NCBI RefSeq assembly: GCF_009914755.1
Contig: NC_060928.1
Source: the human T2T-CHM13v2.0 reference genome, Homo sapiens
Strand: one strand, 5' to 3'
DNA: 64,000 bases
Made by a program: the position numbers and the translations under genes. How positions within the stretch are numbered: the stretch's first letter is position 1; each line of letters opens with the position of its first letter. A model generated the notes under the pieces. It was given only the letters and a program-made list of their open reading frames with translations. It searched no databases and was not told the origin of the DNA. Shown piece by piece: positions 55,991 to 64,000 of the stretch.

Positions 55991-58900
55991 AAGGATAATA
56001 ATAAAAAAAAAATTGATTTAAAACTACCCCTCCCTAATATTTGTACACCAAGCTATAAGTATGACTATAACATAAATAAGATGTTGGTGAAAAACTTTTG
56101 ATAACTCCCACTTCCCCGAGCCCCAAGACCATGGCTAGCTTCAAACTTGGAAGCCTAGAATAAGGGAGAATATAGTTTTTTGTATACTCTTTCTTGCTGT
56201 TATAGTACTCCTCTCCTGCTTGATAGTTGCTGTTTCTTATCTTTCTAGGGTTTGGCTGCAAGGAGAGGAGATTAGGGAGAAAGGACATAGCCTTGGGTGG
56301 CCGATGAAGTTGTAACCTAGCGTTGGTTCCCCAACTGTGATGGATGCACCCTTGCTGTGCTCTTTCTCATACTCCTCTGGCTGACTGTTTAGGTCATTCC
56401 TCCAGTCATGGGACTCAGAGGGTCCAAGCTTCAGTTGGGGTTATAAGCACCTCCTGACTGCCTCTTAGGTAAGATTCCTTTTAAAATGATCCCTGATAGG
56501 CTGCCTCCTCTCTCACCCGCATTTGCCCTCCCCTCTAGTCTTTGTTCTCAGAAAATAGGCACTTGCAGCCCTCTATGTGCTCTGTCCCTCAAGATTCTCT
56601 TGCCCTTGATTTTGCAGACAGGAGTCAGCTACTGATCCTTGTGTCTTCCAAACTCCAGACAACATAATTGTAACTCTCTTGAAAAGTAATTTTCTTGAAA
56701 CATCCTTTCTCACTTGGGCTAATACAAAGAAGAACAATCCCCCAAGTTCCTCTCAATGGGGAAAGAAATCCATAAAGCAGAAAAACACCCCTCCAAAAAT
56801 GTTATTCTCCCCAAATTTCTTTTTTGTAGCCCATGATGGGTAAAGGGCCAATGGAGCCAAAAAGCTTTATGGCTTTTGTACACACTGAATAGAAAATCGA
56901 GTACCATGTTTTATGATGTGGGGCATAGTTTGCACCTATTGTATTGTTCTAGGCTTTTGGCACCTTGGCAGAAATTCTGAGCTAACAAGAAAAAGTCATA
57001 TTTAACATTTTAGTATATATATATTTGAATTTATTTATAAAATATCTTGAGCAGTACATATTCACACAACCTCAGGAGAAAAGCGTTTGGGGGATATATG
57101 TTCTTTTTACTTCACGATTTTCCATAGTATGTAGTTTACCATTGTAGTGTGAGTGTATGATCATATTATATTTTTTAAGTGATGGCGCAGGTGCTGATTC
57201 AGATTTGGGAGCTACTGACCTCTCAGAATCCATTATTCTGTTCAAGGAAGTTATTGCAATTTGTAATAATTTCATTATTTGTATGTCTCTTTATTATCTG
57301 TCTCACAGTGTAATGTCCAAGATCTGTTTGTATTTGTAATCAGTGTAGCCCTGCCATTAAGATGTTAGTAGATGTTCTTTGCTGGAACAAGAAACCAAGA
57401 AAACAGGAGTGAATAGAAGTGCTTACCTATAGCATGTGAGTATGATGTAGAGGGAAGTTAGAACAATGCTTTCGAGTGTATATTTGTTTATATTATTTAG
57501 GTTTTTGAACAATGTAAATGTATTTTTTCAAAAACAAGGGTTTTTGAAAAAAAAGCCTGAAACAAATATAGGGGGAAAATTAACATTTTCTTTTTCTTTG
57601 TAGTAGCATGTATATATATGTATATGTATACATAAAGTTTCCTGAACTTTGTGTCTATTTAAATATTTCATAAATTGGAAATTTTAAGGAAAAGACAAAA
57701 AGAAAACACTACATGATACAATAGTTTAAAGAACATTTTCTGTGAAGTTAGAACAAAACAACGAATTTCTTCTACCTCTATCACCCAGACTGTTACCTGT
57801 TGCCTTCTACCTTTATCACCCAGGACAAAAGATGTCTTCATTTGTAAAATTCATATAGTAATCACATAATCCATACAAAATTATGTGGTAAAGTGCCTTG
57901 TAAATTATAACATAATACAAATATTCATATTTTTTCTTATTTCAAATTCCTTAAATTTGGGTACCATACTTTGTTCTTCTTTATATATGCTCCAACTGTT
58001 AGCTCAGTACCTGGCTATGGGACTACTGTCTCTATTTCCTAAATATAAACTAAAATTTTTCAAGGCTGAAGATACAAAAAGACTCATCCCAGGGAAAGCA
58101 GTGACTAGGAATTGTAGCCTTGGTTTTTATTCTCCTGAGATTAACCCTTCATATGGGAAAATGGTTGTCAATTATGGCTGCTTGAGTTCAGCAGCCTCAA
58201 GGGATACTGCTCTCTCCTTATCCATGTCAACTCAGTGTGCATTCATGACTTCCCTTGGTTGCTCTTAGCCTGGTTGGGAATAAGCCAACTCATTAAACAG
58301 ACTTGACTAAATACATGTAGACAGCAGTAAAATTGCAGTATTAAAATACTTTACTAAATTCTTGGAGATGGCAAAAAGAAGAAAGAAGGGTGGGAAGTGG
58401 AGAAGGAGAAGAGAAAAAAAAAGAAATAACACAAGACCAAATTTGATACGTCATATAAAAGAAAATACACTAAACCAAATAATCTTATTTATAAAATGTT
58501 GCTTTCTCTTTAGAAGTCCCAGACTCTATCCTAGCCTAGCAATCACCCTGCCTCCACGTAGAGAGAGCCATGTTAATATACACAATCAAAATGACCATTG
58601 AAGAGCATTCTAGTCATTCAAAATGTATTGTCAAAGAGTAAGACACATAAACACACATGGACAAATACATCCAGCTTTTATCAATTCAGACTTCTTCTAA
58701 TTTAAAAACTTATTCATTAGCTAGAAACACTTCGGGACTATTCAGCAGATAAATATGATTAGTGTCTCAGAAACTCAGGAATGTTAAAGATGGCCTAAGC
58801 TTTAGAAAAACAAAACAGCTACATGTTTGAGTTTGATGTTCATAACATTATCCATATTACATGTTTAGTCAAAAATATTAGCACATAGAATTAGTTGAAT

Positions 58901-59586
58901 ATTTGCATTTTATGATTTTTCTTTGGTCTAAAAACACGCACCTGTTTTCCAGCTTAAGTAAGATTTAACTAGTAGGAAGAGGAAGAAGCCCTTAAAGAAT
59001 TGTTCTAGGGTTCTATAAAATTCAAGTATTTATTTTTAAAAACTCAATTAAGGAAATTATTTTTCTCCCCAGGGAGACACGTTTTTCCTTCCCTTTTCTT
59101 AAATTTAATTACATAATATTTTAATAGATGTCCTAAAACTCAGGAAGTGAAAAATTAGAAAATATGCATAAAAGCTCTTGCAGTATAAATGACCTCAGAC
59201 ACAGATCAAAAACATTAGAGCCATTATTATTATAGAAGAATAGTCGGGGGCTTCCTAATCAAATTAATAAAGAAGAAATAAGCTTTCCACTGCCAAAGAG
59301 ATTCAGTATTATGAAATAGACTCACTTTCTAATATGAGTACATCATGAGTCATGTTCAATTATGTAAAATTAAAACTCTACCATAAAGAAACAGAGTACA
59401 ATCAGTGATTATTCAGAAAATTCCAAAATTCAATAATGAGGAATTTATCCTGTCTGTTCATTAAAGGAGTTTAATATACATCACATTCTAATGATGCAAA
59501 TATTTAGTCAGTCCCAATAAGCAGCTCTTTAAGGATCCAAACATTTTAAATTCACTTTCAAGCCATCCTTCCAGCTTCAAGATTTC

Positions 59587-60047
59587 ATTTTTGTTGTGTT
59601 GTCCTATTACTTATTTATTTTTATTCCACTAGCTTTAGCAATACAAGTGGCTTTTGATGACACAGATGAATTGCATAGTGGTGAAGTCCAAGGGTTTAGT
59701 GTACCTGTCACCCAAATAGTGTATATTGTACCCAGTAGATAGTATTATATTTCATCCCCTACCCCTCTTCCACTCTCTCCTCTCTGAGTCTCCAATGTCT
59801 TACCACTCTGCTTCCTCATAACTTAGCTCCCACTTATAAGTGAGAACATGAAGTATTTGGTTTTCCATTCCTGAGTTACTTCAGGAATAATGGCTTCCAG
59901 TTACATCCAAGTTGCTGCAAAAGACATTATTTCATTCTTGTTCATGGTCGAGTAATACTCCATGGTATACTTATATCACATTTTCTTTATCCACTCATTG
60001 ATTGAGAGGCACTTAGATTGATTCCATGTCTCTGCAGTTGTGAATTG
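59587..60047 (-). mobile_element. 5'-truncated L1PB2-like element
   Basis: gatgaattgcatagtggtgaagtc...cccacttataagtgagaacatg; perfect 17-bp TSD TCCAGCTTCAAGATTTC at 59570-59586 and 60048-60064. Confidence 0.9.
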
Positions 60048-61590
60048 TCCAGCTTCAAGATTTCTTGCCCATAAAATAGGTGTGGGCAAAACTTAGTAGT
60101 AACCAAGCAGTCTGAGATATCATACTGTTCCCTATTTATTAATTAATGTGTTCAAAACATATCTAGTGAGCACATATTATGTAACAGGCTCAAAGGTATG
60201 AAAAGATAACACAACCTCCATGAGGCTTACTAAATAACAGGGAAAATGACTAAATAGTAATTAAAACATGATGAGTGTAGTAATTGGAGAGATACAATAT
60301 TCTCTGGAAACACAGGGCAGAAACAATAAATGTATTATGTGATCTATGGATGTGAAAGAGGGCGAGGTGGATACCAGAGTAGTGATCTGAAAATCCGTAT
60401 GTGGCTTTTTCTTCTCCCGACATCCTTCCATTTTTTCTTCTATTTTTCCTGTTTCATATCTTATTCCAAATATCTATCTTTTTTTTTTCTTGTCCCAACC
60501 TGCCTAGTATCTGTTGTTATTTTTTTGGTTTGTTTGTTTGTTTTTTTTCTTATCATCTGTAGTTAGATTCAGCATACGACTTCAGCAACAGTTCTCTTTA
60601 TAGCCAAAACTCATTTAATTCATATCCCTATTCAGTTTCCTAGACCCACACAGATCTTGTGGTGTTAGTACTAAACTTGTCATCAGCAGACTCAGATCAA
60701 AATCCTGATATTGCTGAGTAATAATAGCTATGTGGCTGAAGACAAAATGACCCCTCAGAGTCTCAGCATCTTCATCTTCATGATGAACCAACTTTACGAG
60801 GATGGTGCATAGAGAAATATAGATAAGGTGGTATATAAATGCAGTTAGGTAAACAAAGGAAAATGTCATCAAAGAAACAAACCAAAATATGTCTACTTGG
60901 ACTCACTTGAGAGGTATTTTAAGAGATTGCTTTGAAATACATGAAAAGTGATACTGCAATGGCACCCTCTCTGTAATGAATGAAATTGCAGAGTGAAGAT
61001 ACATGGGACAATGTTGTACAGAAGTTTGTTTTGTTTTAATGACTTTTCTTAGTGAAATGTAAGTATGTGAACATGACTGAGTTTAGAAAATGTGTTTCTA
61101 AAGAATGCATGTTCAGTATGTGTCCTACTGTTTCCATTTATATAGCTTTTCTTATGATAGAATGAAAGCCTCTTACCATGTGAATCCTGGAGGCTGGTTG
61201 GCTGACATTCACATGTGGCCTGGGGAAGCTATCTTAAGCATGGAAACTACTTATTTAATAGTTCAAAATACTCAGACATGGATTTACACTACTTCCAATT
61301 ATCCATAGTTTTATTTTTATATAACAGCTAGACACTACTGAGCATTCTACACTTCGTTTTTCACAATCTGCAACCAGTGTTCTGAAAAAAACCGAACAAA
61401 CAAACAAACAAACAAAACTAATAGTTCAAAGACAAAAAAAAAATGTAAGAGCAAATTACCACAGCCCCTTACATTTACAATAGACCTTTGTCCAAGACCT
61501 GGAGGGATAACCTAGCCTTTTCTAGTAGTATTTCCAGACAGTGAGTCACCTTTTAGCAGAAACTTTTTAAGAGTGTATTTTAAACTATAA

Positions 61591-61687
61591 ATATTTTTGT
61601 ATTTTATAAAAGGATCTTGTATACTTTATTTTCTTGACAGCACATTTAAAATTTCCCTTTCTTTAGGCAAGGTAGTCTTCAAGTAAA
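61591..61687. repeat. About 95-bp direct repeat, copy 1
   Basis: Shares tattttataaaaggatcttgtatactttat and atttaaaatttccctttctttaggcaagg with 63463-63557. Confidence 0.9.
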
Positions 61688-62157
61688 GGCATTTTAGGGA
61701 AGCCTATATCTGCTTCTATTTTGTTTATTGACTGATCCAGTCATTCTTTGAACAAATATTTAACAAATATTTATTGAGGAACTGGTATGTACCAGGTAAC
61801 CCTTCAAGGGTTATTTTATTTTACCCTCATGGCAATACTGTGAAGTGCATATTATTCCCCATTTTTAGAGTAAAAATACTTGGAGAGAAGGCAAACTACG
61901 TAAAATTCTACGTAAAGCATATATAGGTCTATCATTTATGTCTTCGCGTAATTACTTTGTTCATCTAAGCACACTGGGCAATATATGTCAAACCTGATTA
62001 GAACAGTGTTTCAATGACACCCCCTTCACTGTGGATAGGTACTTTGAGTCACTGTGTCATGGCTGAGGATGCTCAATCAGATTTCTACATTGTACGACTG
62101 CCAATGCTGTTAGAACCAGGAAGAAAGAACAGGAATCAGCTTTTTTATGTCCAGACA

Positions 62158-62176
62158 GTTTGCCACCTAGTGGTCA
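62158..62176 (-). promoter_or_regulatory. Candidate CTCF binding site
   Basis: Minus strand TGACCACTAGGTGGCAAAC closely matches the CTCF core CCAC[CT]AG[AG][GT]GGC[AG]. Motif evidence only. Confidence 0.6.
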
Positions 62177-63462
62177 AGTTTAGCAAAACTTTCTGGAGTC
62201 TATTGTTTGTTAAGACAACTTAACTCTCCTTAGATTGTATTTTTCTTAGCTCTAAACAGGGGACCCAGCTTTGCTTAGCTACTTCCAAAGATTAGGGCAG
62301 GGCAGATTTTCATCATAAGTTACTAGACAGAGTTTCTAGGGATGGCAAGAAACGTCTTTGGCTCTCTCTTGAGGAAAGGGCAAAAGTGCATGCCTCAATC
62401 AAATGTTGATGCCTTTGGGGCAAGGTATAATGCTCTGTATGCAACAAAACCATGCAGGTACAAACTTCAGAGAGACAATGTAAATAGAAGTAGACAGAAT
62501 TAGAATTTGAAAGCTTATGGAGTCATGACTTATCTGCCTTTTGTTTCTCTGGCTTTTAAAAGGGATATTGGAAAATATTTTACTTTTTGGCACTCTATTT
62601 TTTTTTATTTTAAAATGCAAATTTCAGCATTTCTCACCAAGTGACAAATGTAAAGTGTTTTAGAATTTTCAGAGGAATATTGTTTTCCTAGACACTGTTT
62701 ACCAAAACAGTTTACCTAGACTACAGTTTACCAAAAATTCTGAAATCGAAGTCTGAAGAAGTAGTAGACTTTAATTAAATGACGAAGCAAGAAGGATACC
62801 ATTTCTAAGTCTTGTGTAGGTATATGATTTTTTCATTTTCTGCTACAACCAGATTCTGCCACTGAAATATTTATAATATTGAGATTTGGGACCAGGGTGA
62901 GATTTTGTTTTAGAGTAGGAATGAACTGAACCACTTATTCTCAGACAAAATGCATGCAGTCAAGAACTCCATGACTATCTGTGAGACAGATGGGAACTCC
63001 TGATGCATACCAGGCGACTGTTCTTCAGCAAAGAAAACAAAAACCCAGGTGCAGAATGTATTGCAACAGTGCAGATGGGTCTTCAAGGGTGTTCACTGTT
63101 TACAAGAAAGAGGAACAGAGCTCTCATCATTGAGTGACCACTCTTCCTGGGGATCTATTTCCCCCAGCTGGCCTCAAGCAGAATATTCCCCCAAAGGCCC
63201 AAGCACCAGCTGTCAATGACCTCTGCCCCTTCAAAGAGAGAGACTGGGTGGCCGCTTTCACCCTGTCAAGATGTGCTAATTACTGGAATGCTGAGAATCA
63301 GAGCCTGCATCCTACAATGGTATTTCTATAGCTTGTCCACCTCCTACACATCTTTCTCCTCTTGTTCTTAAATCTTTTAAATATACAACAGCTTACATCA
63401 ATTTCTCTATAGATTGTTGGCATCTTTTCTATCCAGTTATATGTTCTCAGCTCCCATATTTT

Positions 63463-63557
63463 ATATTTTATATTTTATAAAAGGATCTTGTATACTTTAT
63501 ATTTTGTCAAATTATTTAAAATTTCCCTTTCTTTAGGCAAGGCAATCTTCAATTAAA
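63463..63557. repeat. About 95-bp direct repeat, copy 2
   Basis: Same two identity blocks as 61591-61687, offset about 1.87 kb. Confidence 0.9.
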
Positions 63558-63604
63558 AATCCCTTCATTTAAGAGCAATTTGGAAAGAGAGAAAAGCCCT
63601 CTTG

Positions 63605-63740
63605 ATATCTACTCTATGCCAGAGGCATGTCCATCCATAGACATGGCTTGATCTAATTATCATCATAAACCTAGAAGAGAACATTATTATTCACAGTTGC
63701 CAGGTATGGAAACTGAGGCTAAGGGAGGCTGATACTCTTT
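63605..63740 (-). mobile_element. MIR
   Basis: ctactctatgccag...attattattcacagttgccaggtatggaaactgaggctaagggagg. Confidence 0.75.
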
Positions 63741-64000
63741 ATATATGACTCTGCAATCCTTCCTCTCCCAATTCGTAGTTTACACTGCCTAATTATTCTT
63801 CCTAAAATGTACCTCTGATTATTTCATACTCTAGCATCCTTTTCTTGTCTGGTAAAGGAAGTACAAACTCCTCTGTTGGCCTTTTAAGGTGTAGTCTTTG
63901 TCTGCTCTTCCAACTGTGCCTCAAACTTCTCACTGACACAAAGCTTTTCAGCTATATCCCAGGTTTCTGCCCTTTCTCTAGCAATTCGGTCCTCTCTGAC

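Noticed and set aside
55123-58601. ORFs 55123..55506, 57885..58268 and 58362..58601 as possible new genes or BMP3 exons
   Set aside because: No recognisable domain and no TGF-beta-family signature; the first runs into an L1 tail. There is no CpG island or clear promoter anywhere in the window.

Overview
AT-rich, repeat-dense primate (human or great ape) genomic DNA, not prokaryotic. The only protein-coding sequence I can support is the last two exons of CFAP299 (C4orf22) on the + strand: 16848-16977 and 35540-35635, followed by a short 3' UTR with four AATAAA hexamers. The first ~35.5 kb is otherwise CFAP299 intron and the rest is intergenic (from memory of human 4q21, towards BMP3, which is not in the window). 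Much of the window is transposon debris: L1 of many ages, L2, MIR, Alu, ERV/MaLR LTRs, an ancient two-LTR ERV1-like provirus and DNA transposon MITEs. Nearly all ORFs in the track are spurious or L1/Alu derived. I found no evidence of a novel multi-gene system or a CRISPR array. The most interesting observations are small-scale genome-evolution events: a minisatellite amplified out of an L2, tiny L1 insertions with apparent micro 3' transductions, a 27-bp locally templated insertion, a ~95-bp dispersed duplication, a duplicated poly(A)-signal cassette, nested elements and a strong CTCF motif. Repeat subfamily names were assigned by eye from remembered consensus sequences and need RepeatMasker/Dfam confirmation.
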